64,000 nucleotides of DNA, from NCBI GenBank assembly GCA_963769935.1, contig CAVYNY010000020.1, positions 64,001 to 128,000 of the forward strand. The letters are read 5' to 3'. The translations under genes and the position numbers were made by a program. The notes below the pieces were generated by a model. It ran no database searches. It worked only from the letters and a program-made list of their open reading frames with translations, and was not told the DNA's origin. Below, piece by piece: positions 29,672 through 39,202 of this stretch. Positions within the stretch are counted from its first letter, which is position 1; each line of letters begins with the position of its first letter. This DNA is from an uncultured delta proteobacterium. GTDB taxonomy: Bacteria; Desulfobacterota; Desulfobacteria; Desulfobacterales; JAFDCJ01.

Positions 29672-30574
29672 ATGATGCTGTATGGACTTTGGCGAACCAT
29701 TCCCGTCTCCCTGGAGCAGGGCTTGGCCTATGCCCTGGTGGCGGTGGGAATTGTTATCAGTTTCCGCATCCTGGCGTTTCCCGATCTGACCGTTGACGGC
29801 AGTTTTGCCCTGGGCGGTGCCGTGCTGGCTCGCCTGATTTCCGATGGCGTCCCGCCCATATACGGCATCCTGCTGGCGGTGCTGTGCGGGTTTCTGGCCG
29901 GATGCTGCACGGGGTATTTGAATACGCGCTTGAAGATCAACAGCCTGCTGGCCGGCATTTTAGTGATGACCATCCTGTATTCGGTCAACCTGCGGATCAT
30001 GGGACGATCCAATATCCAGCTGTTGACAGTGGATACGATTCTGACGCCCCTGGAGAACATGCACGTCAGCCGCTTTATTCCTATTATTGCGTTTTTTTTC
30101 CTGGTAACGTTCGTTATCAAGTTTTTAACGGATATGTTTTTTCGCACCCAGATAGGATTTGCGATGCGGGCGACCGGCGACAACGAGCAGATGATTCGAA
30201 CCCTGGGGGTCAACACCGATCGCATGACCGTCTTGGGACTCGGCATTTCCAACGCTTTCGTGGCGCTGTCCGGGGCTCTGGTTGCCCAGGATCAGGGGTT
30301 TTCCGATATCGGGATGGGCATCGGCATGATCGTCGCCGGCCTGGCGGCCATTATTATCGGCGAAACCCTTGTCGGCAAACGCTCGGTGCCGCAGATGACC
30401 CTGGCTGCGATCGTCGGGTCAATCATCTACAAGTTCATTATCTCCCTCGGACTCAGACTGGGTCTGGCACCTACCGATTTGAAACTGGCCACCGGGATAA
30501 TGGTCATTTTGGCGCTCGGATTCCCGGCCCTCAAAAAGAAGAAAGAAGGCAAACTGCATTTGCGGGGCGTATAA
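29672..30574 (+). CDS. ABC transporter permease
   Basis: FPDLTVDGSF.LGG, LYSVNLRIMG, RATGDN and QGFSDIGMG motifs. Confidence 0.9.
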   Translation: MMLYGLWRTIPVSLEQGLAYALVAVGIVISFRILAFPDLTVDGSFALGGAVLARLISDGVPPIYGILLAVLCGFLAGCCTGYLNTRLKINSLLAGILVMTILYSVNLRIMGRSNIQLLTVDTILTPLENMHVSRFIPIIAFFFLVTFVIKFLTDMFFRTQIGFAMRATGDNEQMIRTLGVNTDRMTVLGLGISNAFVALSGALVAQDQGFSDIGMGIGMIVAGLAAIIIGETLVGKRSVPQMTLAAIVGSIIYKFIISLGLRLGLAPTDLKLATGIMVILALGFPALKKKKEGKLHLRGV

Positions 30575-30581
30575 AATCAGC

Positions 30582-30670
30582 GTATTGGAGTACTGGAGCG
30601 TTGGAGTAATGGCTATAAGGTTGGATGTCTTTTTTTCAACACTCCAATACTCCATCACTCCAGTACTCCA
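30582..30670. repeat. GGAGTA(Y)T octamer inverted-repeat element inside the ABC operon
   Basis: ttggagtactggagcgttggagtaatgg...actccaatactccatcactccagtactcca. Confidence 0.75.
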
Positions 30671-30729
30671 AGGCCGACATTTTCCTGGTTTTTCTAAATA
30701 CCATTAAGGCGGACTTTGCGGGTTAACAT

Positions 30730-31509
30730 ATGATTAAGCTGGAGGGCATCCGAAAAACGTTCAAAGCCGGGACAATCGATGAAAAGATCGCCATCAATGG
30801 GATTGATCTGCACATTGCCGATGGAGACTTTGTTACCGTCATCGGAAGCAACGGCGCGGGCAAGAGCACCCTGCTCAACTTAATCTCCGGAACTGTCGAA
30901 CCGGATGCCGGTGAAATTTATGTGGCCGGCCACCAGGTAACCCGGCTCCCCGAACACAAGCGCGCCAAATACCTCGGCCGAATCTTTCAGGATCCCCTGC
31001 TGGGAACGGCCGCCGCCATGACCATCGAGGAAAATCTGGCCATGGCTGAACTGCGCGGCCGGCCCCGGGGCCTGCGCTGGGGGGTGGTCAAAGCGCGGCG
31101 GGATTTCTACCGGCAGCGGCTAAAAATGCTCGATCTTGGCCTCGAAACCCGTCTCAAGGAATCGGTCAGTCTCCTATCCGGCGGCCAGCGTCAATCATTG
31201 ACGCTTCTGATGGCCACCCTCTCACTGCCCAAACTGCTGCTTCTGGATGAGCACACCGCCGCCCTGGACCCGAAGACGGCCCAGCGGGTCATGGAGCTTA
31301 CCGATCGGATCATCAGCGAAAACAATTTGACCACCATTATGGTTACCCACAACATGAACCAGGCGATCCGCTTCGGCAACAGCATGATTATGCTGCATGA
31401 GGGCAAAGTCATCTATAAGGTCGAGGGCGCTGCCAAAAAGGCGCTTACCGTCGAGGAGGTTGTCCGAAAATTCGGCGCCGATCTCAAAGACGAAGCTTTG
31501 CTTGGTTGA
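30730..31509 (+). CDS. ABC transporter ATP-binding protein
   Basis: GSNGAGKST, LSGGQRQ and LLLLDEHTAALDP motifs. Confidence 0.95.
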   Translation: MIKLEGIRKTFKAGTIDEKIAINGIDLHIADGDFVTVIGSNGAGKSTLLNLISGTVEPDAGEIYVAGHQVTRLPEHKRAKYLGRIFQDPLLGTAAAMTIEENLAMAELRGRPRGLRWGVVKARRDFYRQRLKMLDLGLETRLKESVSLLSGGQRQSLTLLMATLSLPKLLLLDEHTAALDPKTAQRVMELTDRIISENNLTTIMVTHNMNQAIRFGNSMIMLHEGKVIYKVEGAAKKALTVEEVVRKFGADLKDEALLG

Positions 31510-31539
31510 GTTTTACGGAGCAAGCTTATAATTCATCTA

Positions 31540-31956
31540 ATGGTAATTTGCATGATTCGTCCAACGATTGTTGCGGCATTAATATTCGGTCTGGCGGCCG
31601 GCTGCAGTTTTCTGCAGATCCGGGATCCCATGCAAGATTTTGAGGACGTCAACCGGGCCTATGCCCGGGCCATCACCTGGTCGGAGTATGGTGTCGCAGC
31701 CACATTTCTCAAAACCGAGGATCAAAACAAGGTGGCCGCAGACATTGAGCATCTGAACCAATTTCGGGTGACCGCCTATGAACCACGCCTATTGACGGTC
31801 CTGGAAAAGGATGTCCGCATTCGTCAGATCGTGAAAATATCTTATTTCAGAAAAGATGCTCTGGTGGTCAAAAGTGCTTCGGATGATCAGCTTTGGGAAT
31901 ATGACCCGGAAAAACGCAGCTGGCTTCTTGCCACGGGCTTTCCCAAGCTTAATTAA
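31540..31956 (+). CDS. Hypothetical lipoprotein
   Basis: Lipobox LAAGC; start may be 31552. Confidence 0.7.
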   Translation: MVICMIRPTIVAALIFGLAAGCSFLQIRDPMQDFEDVNRAYARAITWSEYGVAATFLKTEDQNKVAADIEHLNQFRVTAYEPRLLTVLEKDVRIRQIVKISYFRKDALVVKSASDDQLWEYDPEKRSWLLATGFPKLN

Positions 31957-32046
31957 TCCGCGCTCAAAAAAGCGCTTTCAGGGATGTACCTTATTCTTTG
32001 CAAACCGGAGATAGCAGTAGGGTCGAAGGTCCGCGGCTTAATTGCG

Positions 32047-33915
32047 CTACTTTGGCTTATCAAAGTCACACCTGAGCACCAGTGTTTCACCTTCGAATGT
32101 GGCAGAAACCGCATAGGGTAATTTCTTAAAGAGTTTGATCATCCCGGTATTGGTTGCAAGCATGTAAGCAATCAGGCCGGTAATTCCGTTTTCGCGGGCA
32201 GCCTCAACCAGTTTGTGCAAAATCACACCGGCGATTCCTTTGCCCTGCCATTCTTTGGCGGTGGAAAAAGCCACCTCGGCCACCGTTCCGTGTTCAAGCG
32301 CATACATGCCAAGCCCGACGATCTTTTCAAATCCAACTTCTCCGGTGACGGCCACGATGGAAAGATTTTTAATGTAGTCGACCTGGAAAATGATCTCCAT
32401 ATCTTCCCGATAAAAATTCCGACGCATACTAAAGAATCGGGTTCGAACATCCTTTTCGTCCATTTCATAAAAGTGTTCTTGAATCATTCGATCATCTACC
32501 GATTTAGCGGGTCGAAATGTCACCTGCCGGCCGTCATAGACCCTTTTTTCCTCCATGCGAACGGGATAGATGCCGAACAGAGATTCATTAAGCGTCCGGT
32601 TGCGATCGATCAAACCCTCCTCCTGGGCATAGTGAAAGAGCTCGTCGCGATAATCCGGGTGGGCCAGGCTGATCATTGCCATCGCCCGTTCCTCAATATT
32701 TTTGCCCAACAAATTGACCATGCCGAATTCGCTGACTACATAAGAAACATAGCCTTTTGGAATTACGATCGAACCCAAATCCGTTTTCGGTATGATCCGG
32801 CTGGATTTATCGTCAATGCTTCTGGCGGGTATGACAATGATGGATTTGCCGCCGGGCGACATGGCGGCTCCCATGATAAAATCGAGCATTCCGGTTATCC
32901 CGGAAAAATGATTCTGGGGAAGGGCATCCGCATAAACCTGACCGCTAAGATCCATCGTGCGGGCGAAATTGATGGCCACCATCTTCTTGTTTTGTGCAAT
33001 AATTGCCGGATGGTTGATATAATCCGATGGTCGAAATTCGATGGAGACATTATTGTGCAGCCATTGGTATAATTCGGGACTGCCGATGGCACCGCTGGCC
33101 AACAGTTTACCGTCGTTGAACCCTTTATAGCGGTTGGTGACCGCTCCTTGAGAAACCAGCTTCATGAGCTCATCACTCAAAATTTCCGTATGGACACCAA
33201 GATCATTGCTGTTTGAAAGCGCTTGGGCGATGGGCCGGGAAAGTTCCGCCAGTCCAAGCTGAATTGTAGAACCGTCAGCGACCAGCTTGGCGGTAATGGC
33301 CGCGATTTCAGCGGCCGATTCATATTCGGGCAATTCAAAAGCGCTCAAAAGCTCTTCTTCATGTTCAACGATAATGTCAACGTCGTTTAAATGGATAAAA
33401 CCGTGGCCGTGAACTCTGGGCATTTGCGGATTAACCTGGACGACCACCATAAGGGCCGATTGCGCAGCCGCCAGCGTGACATCCACGGAAATTCCCAGGC
33501 TCATCCAGCCGCAGTCATCCGGCGGCGAGACCTGGATTAAAGCAACATGCAGCGGCAGGAGTCCGCGTTTGAACAATTCGGGAACGGCATAAAGGGTAAT
33601 CGGGGTAATAAATCTTTTATTGGCGCGCAGACCTTTGGTCTGATCCGAACCCTGGTAGATGGATCGTACATGGAATTTGTGCCCGCGATATTCATCGGCC
33701 ATCAGGGCCAGCAGAGATCCTTCCAGGCTTAACAGGCGCACGATCTCCACATCTGAAAAATATCCGGCATTATCCATCAGCGCATCGACCAGATGCTGGG
33801 GTTCACCGCATGAAGATCCGATGAAAACTCTCTGGCCGGAGTGGATCATACGCACTGCCTCCTCGGCCGTGCGGAGCTTTGACTGATATTTTTTTTGCAG
33901 TACCTGATCTTTCAT
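32047..33915 (-). CDS. Acetyl-CoA hydrolase/transferase family protein fused to a C-terminal GNAT domain
   Basis: SSCGEPQHL, IQVSPPD...SLGISVD, VNPQMPR, GVHTE and SLAHPDYR; C-terminal AEVAF...WQGKGI GNAT motif. Confidence 0.9.
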   Translation of the reverse strand: MKDQVLQKKYQSKLRTAEEAVRMIHSGQRVFIGSSCGEPQHLVDALMDNAGYFSDVEIVRLLSLEGSLLALMADEYRGHKFHVRSIYQGSDQTKGLRANKRFITPITLYAVPELFKRGLLPLHVALIQVSPPDDCGWMSLGISVDVTLAAAQSALMVVVQVNPQMPRVHGHGFIHLNDVDIIVEHEEELLSAFELPEYESAAEIAAITAKLVADGSTIQLGLAELSRPIAQALSNSNDLGVHTEILSDELMKLVSQGAVTNRYKGFNDGKLLASGAIGSPELYQWLHNNVSIEFRPSDYINHPAIIAQNKKMVAINFARTMDLSGQVYADALPQNHFSGITGMLDFIMGAAMSPGGKSIIVIPARSIDDKSSRIIPKTDLGSIVIPKGYVSYVVSEFGMVNLLGKNIEERAMAMISLAHPDYRDELFHYAQEEGLIDRNRTLNESLFGIYPVRMEEKRVYDGRQVTFRPAKSVDDRMIQEHFYEMDEKDVRTRFFSMRRNFYREDMEIIFQVDYIKNLSIVAVTGEVGFEKIVGLGMYALEHGTVAEVAFSTAKEWQGKGIAGVILHKLVEAARENGITGLIAYMLATNTGMIKLFKKLPYAVSATFEGETLVLRCDFDKPK

Positions 33916-34227
33916 TCCGCTCACCTTCCCGCCTCCGCTGCCGTGCGGGCTGTCAGCGAGGTCGGTCTTTGGTCAAGGAATCGGCAGGACATCGCTGCCA
34001 TATTGCGCAAGGCTCCGACGACTTACATTGTAATCATTACACTTATTGCGCGCAAATTAAGTCGTCGCCTGGGGGATGCCGGTAAAAAATTTCTGCAGCC
34101 GATCCTGTTGCGACCCAGCCCAACAATATTGGACCGAATTGGCTGCACACTGTCGACCTTGCAGGATGATGGCAGACGTTTGCATGGGTAAGGCAAGTCT
34201 TGGCCAAGCGGCCGGCTGCGACCAGCC

Positions 34228-34464
34228 TTATGCCGGGAAAACACGGTCAGGGTCCGCCCCGGTCGTTTGAGGCCTGCCAAAACCCCATTTCAGGCGATAA
34301 AAAGCATCCGGGGTGCGCAATTCTCTGCCCTCTATCAGCTCCTTTATTGCCGGAGATATACGGTGATATAGTTTGTATAGCCCATCGATAAGTTCAAGTT
34401 CAGAGATCTCTTTCCATTCTTCATTCTCTTTATATTTGACTTCATAGCGCGGCATCGTAAACAT
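34228..34464 (-). CDS. Small hypothetical protein
   Basis: AAAGGAGGT RBS; 78 aa; preceded by a sigma-54-type promoter. Confidence 0.7.
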   Translation of the reverse strand: MFTMPRYEVKYKENEEWKEISELELIDGLYKLYHRISPAIKELIEGRELRTPDAFYRLKWGFGRPQTTGADPDRVFPA

Positions 34465-34505
34465 GAGCCACCTCCTTTGTTGAAATAGGCTTCATCTATT
34501 GGTTA

Positions 34506-34521
34506 CGCACGATTTATGCCA
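34506..34521 (-). promoter_or_regulatory. sigma-54 (-24/-12) promoter
   Basis: TGGCATAAATCGTGCG (GG-N10-GC), ~40 nt upstream of ATG 34464; AT-rich stretch further upstream. Confidence 0.6.
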
Positions 34522-34804
34522 GGGAGGTGCTGTATCCGGCCGATATGTTCAAGTTGTTTAATCTACTAATATTACACTAGATTTTAATAAGATTGAATAC
34601 GTTCGGTTATGACGGGATGCTCATAGATAGACAAAGTTGCCAACCAAATATACAGCAGAATATCAAATTGATTTACACCTGGGTTGACGATTGTCAGAGT
34701 TTCATCCGCCTCTGTTGCTGCGGATAGAATAGGGAGATTCTTTTTTGCAAAATTTGCCGATCTACGGTGGTTAGCTCGAGAATAGCCTGCAGGACAATCT
34801 CACC

Positions 34805-34830
34805 GATACAATTTGTTACAAACTGTTACA
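34805..34830. promoter_or_regulatory. OmpR/CpxR-type tandem direct-repeat operator
   Basis: gataca-attt-gttaca-aact-gttaca with 10-bp periodicity (GTAAC-N5-GTAAC on the minus strand). Confidence 0.55.
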
Positions 34831-34931
34831 CCCCGGAAAAGACTTCTGTTCAAGATTTAATTAATATTTAAGCCATAGACTGAGACAACCAAATGTTAAC
34901 CGATGACCTTGTTTTACACAAAGGAGGAATC

Positions 34932-35651
34932 ATGCTAAAAAAAGGATTATCCATTGCTTTTAATGACATGACGGATCGCATCCGTGGCATGCTCCACACT
35001 AAAGAACGTCTGCTGCTGGATGTGAGCCATGAACTGCGGTCGCCGCTGACCCGTTTAAAGGTCGCGCTGGAGTTTCTGCCGGATGGAAATGCCAAGGAAA
35101 GCATTGCCGGCGATATCGCGGAAATGGAGCGAATGATCAATGAAATTCTGGCCACCGCCCGTATGCACCACTTGCATGGCAAACTCAATTTGAAACGGAT
35201 CCTTCTGGCAGATCTGCTGATGGAAGTGGTCGCTGAATTCGAAAATCAACCGCCGGGGGTGCAGGCCGATGACATTGCAGTCGATGTCGCACTCAAGGTC
35301 GACCCGGAGCAGATTAAAACGGTTTTTAAAAATATTTTGACGAATGCCGTTAAATATTCCGGCCCCGCCCGCGAGCCGATTCGTATTTCCGCTGCCGTCC
35401 GGCCGCCATATGTCGCTGTAAAAATTGCCGATAACGGAATCGGGATTCCGCAGGATGAGCTGCCCTTTATTTTCGAGCCATTCTACCGGGTGGATAAATC
35501 CCGCGCTAAGGATACCGGCGGTTTCGGTCTGGGTTTAAGCCTGTGCAAGACCATTTTGGAAGCTCATGCGGGCCGAATCGAAGTCGAAAGTACACCGGGG
35601 GTCGGAACCACTGTTTCCCTGTACTTGCCGATCGGATCCGATTCTCCCTGA
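34932..35651 (+). pseudogene. N-terminally truncated sensor histidine kinase (HAMP end + HisKA + HATPase only)
   Basis: AFNDM (HAMP helix 2), DVSHELRSPL, NILTNAVKYS, DNGIGI and GFGLGL; no TM or sensor domain and no cognate regulator nearby. Confidence 0.7.
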
Positions 35652-35806
35652 AAAGCCCCGCGAAGCATTACTCCAAGCCCTCAAATGTGCGTAGTCGGAG
35701 GTCTGTTTGCCTGTCGGAAAATTAAAGGGGGTATCGGTTCGTCCGTTGACCCGATTGCCCGTTCACCGAAACCGGCCAACGGGCTAACGGGCCAATGGGG
35801 CCTTAA

Positions 35807-35835
35807 TTGACATTTCCCCGCTGCATTTATATATT
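35807..35835 (+). promoter_or_regulatory. sigma-70 promoter of the Trx-rhodanese-MauE operon
   Basis: TTGACA-N17-TATATT. Confidence 0.65.
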
Positions 35836-35887
35836 ACCCTATTACACCACCGCCTGACCGTCAATTCGAGCAAAGGAAACACGCTCT

Positions 35888-36322
35888 ATGAACTTTTTCA
35901 ACGATCTCCGACGCATCTGGCTTCTGCCTTTGATCCTGGTGATATTTTTCGCCGGCTCTGTTCCTGCATCCGAAGTTATCAACTGGCGCTCCTACGAAGA
36001 AGCCATGGCGGTGAGCAAAGTTGAGAAAAAAAAAGTGTTCCTCCACTTTTATGCCGACTGGTGCGGGTTCTGCCGGAAAATGGCCCAAGAGACATTCCAG
36101 GATTCGTCGGTGGTCGCCTTTTTGAACAGTAACTTTATTCCTGTAAGGGTCGACACCGATAAGGAGCAGCAGACAGCCGCCAGCTACGGTGTGGTCGCAC
36201 TTCCCTTTACCGTGTTCCTCACGGACCGCGGAGAGCCCATAATCAGCTTGCCCGGATATATTCCGGCGGATGCAATGTTGCAGATGCTCAAAGAGATTAA
36301 TGGGATCGAGGCCGGCGGCTGA
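35888..36322 (+). CDS. Exported thioredoxin-family protein (SoxW/DUF255-like)
   Basis: Signal peptide; FYADWCGFC; LP cis-proline loop; GY. Confidence 0.88.
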   Translation: MNFFNDLRRIWLLPLILVIFFAGSVPASEVINWRSYEEAMAVSKVEKKKVFLHFYADWCGFCRKMAQETFQDSSVVAFLNSNFIPVRVDTDKEQQTAASYGVVALPFTVFLTDRGEPIISLPGYIPADAMLQMLKEINGIEAGG

Positions 36323-36358
36323 ATATTTGTAACAGAATTAGAAAGAATTTTATGTCTT

Positions 36359-36844
36359 ATGAAAACAGTTAAAGAAGTGAGCATACTTATTGGCGTGTCC
36401 GTGATTGCCGCCTTTGGGATCAATTTTTTTTCGCCCAAGGGCATTGCCCTGGTGGGGCAATGGGATACTTCCCGGGGCGTGGTTAATGCCAGGGAGAAAA
36501 ACGACGTTGTCATGGACCAACTCGAAATCGATGACGTCGCCGATGCCAAAACATTGTATGACAGCGGCAATGTGCTTTTTGTCGATGCACGATCCCGCGA
36601 AGATTATTCAGACGGCCATATTAAAGGTGCTTATTCCCTGCCGGTTGGAGAGTTTGACGAGCGGATCGACAAATTTTTAGAGCTTTTTGCGCTCGATAAA
36701 CCCATTGTGACGTACTGTTCGGGAAGAACCTGTGAGGACAGCCACCATTTGGCGCAACTTTTGATTGCCCGTGGTTACCAGAACACCAGTGTCATGATCG
36801 ACGGATTTCCGGGATGGGAAGCGGAGGGATATCCCATTGAATAG
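36359..36844 (+). CDS. Membrane-anchored rhodanese-like protein
   Basis: N-terminal TM; VDAR...GHIKGA; active-site loop YCSGRTC; GF.GW...GYP. Confidence 0.9.
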   Translation: MKTVKEVSILIGVSVIAAFGINFFSPKGIALVGQWDTSRGVVNAREKNDVVMDQLEIDDVADAKTLYDSGNVLFVDARSREDYSDGHIKGAYSLPVGEFDERIDKFLELFALDKPIVTYCSGRTCEDSHHLAQLLIARGYQNTSVMIDGFPGWEAEGYPIE

Positions 36845-37304
36845 GACGCTTAAGCGCATACTGCAAAATAGCTGGGTGGAGCTGGCATTTCGCTGGATTT
36901 TAGGCCTGACCTTTATTTATTCCGGTTACAGCAAGGTTCTTTCGCCGGCGGACTTTGCGAAAATAATTTACGGATACGGCCTTTTCCCCCCATTGCTTAT
37001 CAATCTGATCGCAATTATCGTACCCTACCTGGAGCTTGTGATTGCCCTGGCCCTGATCCTGGGCATTTATCCCCGGTCCGCTGCCATAATCGTAAATACG
37101 CTGATTGCGGCTTTTATCATCCTCATTTCCATCAACCTCATCCGGGGGCATGAATTTAACTGCGGCTGTTTTGCGCTTCAAAACTCGGGCAATCAGGTTT
37201 CGTCGTCATCTATCATTTGGCGTGATTTTATTTTTCTGGCCTTGGGGATGCAGGTTTTTTTATACAGCCAATCCCGCAGGTGGTGTGTTCGGCACAGTGG
37301 ATAA
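36837..37304 (+). CDS. MauE/DoxX-family membrane protein
   Basis: R..LG..FIYSG..K, P.LE and NCGCF motifs; overlaps the rhodanese stop codon. Confidence 0.88.
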   Translation: MNRTLKRILQNSWVELAFRWILGLTFIYSGYSKVLSPADFAKIIYGYGLFPPLLINLIAIIVPYLELVIALALILGIYPRSAAIIVNTLIAAFIILISINLIRGHEFNCGCFALQNSGNQVSSSSIIWRDFIFLALGMQVFLYSQSRRWCVRHSG

Positions 37305-37339
37305 CGATAACCGGGTATAAGAAATCTAGGAAAATCAAC

Positions 37340-37921
37340 ATGGCAACGAATAATCACAGAAAACCGACCGGTGCCGGGAAGAGCAGTTTCGATCTGCTCG
37401 ATGTCGAAGCCTTATTCAGGCAGCTTGACCTGAAAAAGGGCATTACCTTTCTGGATGTGGCCTGCGGCCGCGGCGCCTATTGCCTGAAAGCTTCTGCCAT
37501 TATAGGATCAACCGGCACGGTATACGCGGTAGACCTTTGGGAAGAAGGGATTGGGGAACTCAAGGCGCGTGCAATTGAAGAAAACGCCCTGAACATTAAA
37601 GCCTTTATCAGCGATGCCGGCCGGCAGATCCCGGTAGATGATCAGGTGGTGGATGCCTGCCTGATGGCAACTGTATTGCATGATTTTGTTGAGGATCACA
37701 TATCAGAAAAGGTACTGCCGCAAGTCGTCCGGGTATTGAAAACCAATGGATTGCTGGCCGTCGTTGAATTTAAAAAAATCGACGGCCCGCCCGGGCCTCC
37801 GCAACATATCCGCTTGTCTCCGGAAGAGGTTGCTGCCATCCTGGTCCCCTATGGATTTAACAGAGAACGCCTTGCCGATTTAGGGCCGTATAACTATTTG
37901 ATGATGTTCCGGAAAAAATAG
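37340..37921 (+). CDS. Class I SAM-dependent methyltransferase
   Basis: FLDVACGRG, VYAVD, VLHD and RVLK..G motifs. Confidence 0.88.
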   Translation: MATNNHRKPTGAGKSSFDLLDVEALFRQLDLKKGITFLDVACGRGAYCLKASAIIGSTGTVYAVDLWEEGIGELKARAIEENALNIKAFISDAGRQIPVDDQVVDACLMATVLHDFVEDHISEKVLPQVVRVLKTNGLLAVVEFKKIDGPPGPPQHIRLSPEEVAAILVPYGFNRERLADLGPYNYLMMFRKK

Positions 37922-37966
37922 CTTTCGGCTTAATCTGCAAGCCTGTGCCGTCGAATTTAAAAAGCC

Positions 37967-38004
37967 GACACCCTGATCGAGCCGAAAATTTCGATCAGGG
38001 TGTC
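37967..38004. terminator. Terminator hairpin between convergent genes
   Basis: 14-bp perfect stem gacaccctgatcga/tcgatcagggtgtc; U-tract on the minus strand. Confidence 0.7.
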
Positions 38005-38010
38005 TGTTGA

Positions 38011-39159
38011 TTACGGTGTAATCAGCGCCATATCGCTGACGACGCCGAAATTGCGAAATCGGCCGTCTTTGACAACCTGGACCTGCACATCCTTGATCAC
38101 TTCTCCGACATCATTGAACCCTTTGATCTCGCCGGTGAGGCCGCTAAAATTCTTCGTGCTTGCGATGGCGTCCCGGATGGCTTTGCCGTCCGTGCTGCCC
38201 GCCCGTTTAATGGCGTCGCAAATAATCATGAAAGCATCGTAGGCCGAAGCCCCCACCATGTCGGGCTGAACCTTGTAGCGCTCTTCATAGGCCTTGAGAA
38301 AGGCTTGTACCTCGGGGCGGGGGTCGTCGCGGTTCAGGTTGGTTACAATCACAAAGCCTTCGGCCGCCGGCCCCGCAATTTCTATGGTCATGGGGGAATC
38401 CGCTCCTTCTTCGCCGAGGAATTGGGCTTTGATGCCCATCTCGCCGGCCTGTTTGAGGACCGGAGCGGTCTGGAAATAGTAGCCGCTGGCAAAGATCAGG
38501 TCCGGGCTGAGCTCTTTAATTTTAGACAGATAGGGTTTGAAGTCTTTCTCATTAAAGGGATATGTCTGAGCATACACTATTTGAGCGCCTTTGGCATACT
38601 TATCGATATACTCCTTGAAGCCGGCGGCCAGCGTGCGGCCGAAATCATTGTCGCTGGTCAACAGGGCAATTTTTTTGGCTTTCAGCATTTGGACGGCGAC
38701 GTAACCGGCGGACTTTCCCTCAACCGTTCCCAGAAAACCGTTGCGAAAGCAGAAGTCGCCGGCCCCGGTGATGTCCGGATGAACCGCATAGGCCGCCACA
38801 AGGGGAATTTCCTCATCCTGAAAGATGGGCGCCGAAGCTCTGCTGGGGGTGCTGTATGAGCCGGCTACAACTGCCGCCACCTGATCCTGTTGAATGAGCT
38901 TGCGGGCGACCGTTACGGCTTCTTTGCCATCGGCGCGATCATCATAGGTGATCAGCTCGATCTTTTTACCCAGAACCCCGCCTTCATTGTTGACTCTTTC
39001 CACGGCCAGTTTCACGGAATCAAGCACACTGGCGCCATCTGCGGCGGCAAAGCCGGTCAAAGGCGCCATCAGACCGATTTTGATGGTATCAGCGCCCCAA
39101 GCACTTACGGTAAAGACCGCTGTTAAACCTGCCAGCACTAGTATTTTGGCAATTTTCAT
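38011..39159 (-). CDS. Branched-chain amino acid ABC transporter substrate-binding protein (LivJ/K family)
   Basis: IKIGLMAPLTG, GGVLGKKIEL..YDD and AYDA motifs; signal peptide. Confidence 0.92.
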   Translation of the reverse strand: MKIAKILVLAGLTAVFTVSAWGADTIKIGLMAPLTGFAAADGASVLDSVKLAVERVNNEGGVLGKKIELITYDDRADGKEAVTVARKLIQQDQVAAVVAGSYSTPSRASAPIFQDEEIPLVAAYAVHPDITGAGDFCFRNGFLGTVEGKSAGYVAVQMLKAKKIALLTSDNDFGRTLAAGFKEYIDKYAKGAQIVYAQTYPFNEKDFKPYLSKIKELSPDLIFASGYYFQTAPVLKQAGEMGIKAQFLGEEGADSPMTIEIAGPAAEGFVIVTNLNRDDPRPEVQAFLKAYEERYKVQPDMVGASAYDAFMIICDAIKRAGSTDGKAIRDAIASTKNFSGLTGEIKGFNDVGEVIKDVQVQVVKDGRFRNFGVVSDMALITP

Positions 39160-39202
39160 TTTAAGACCCTCCTTTCCATTTGTCGGTGGTTGAATAGTCG
39201 AA

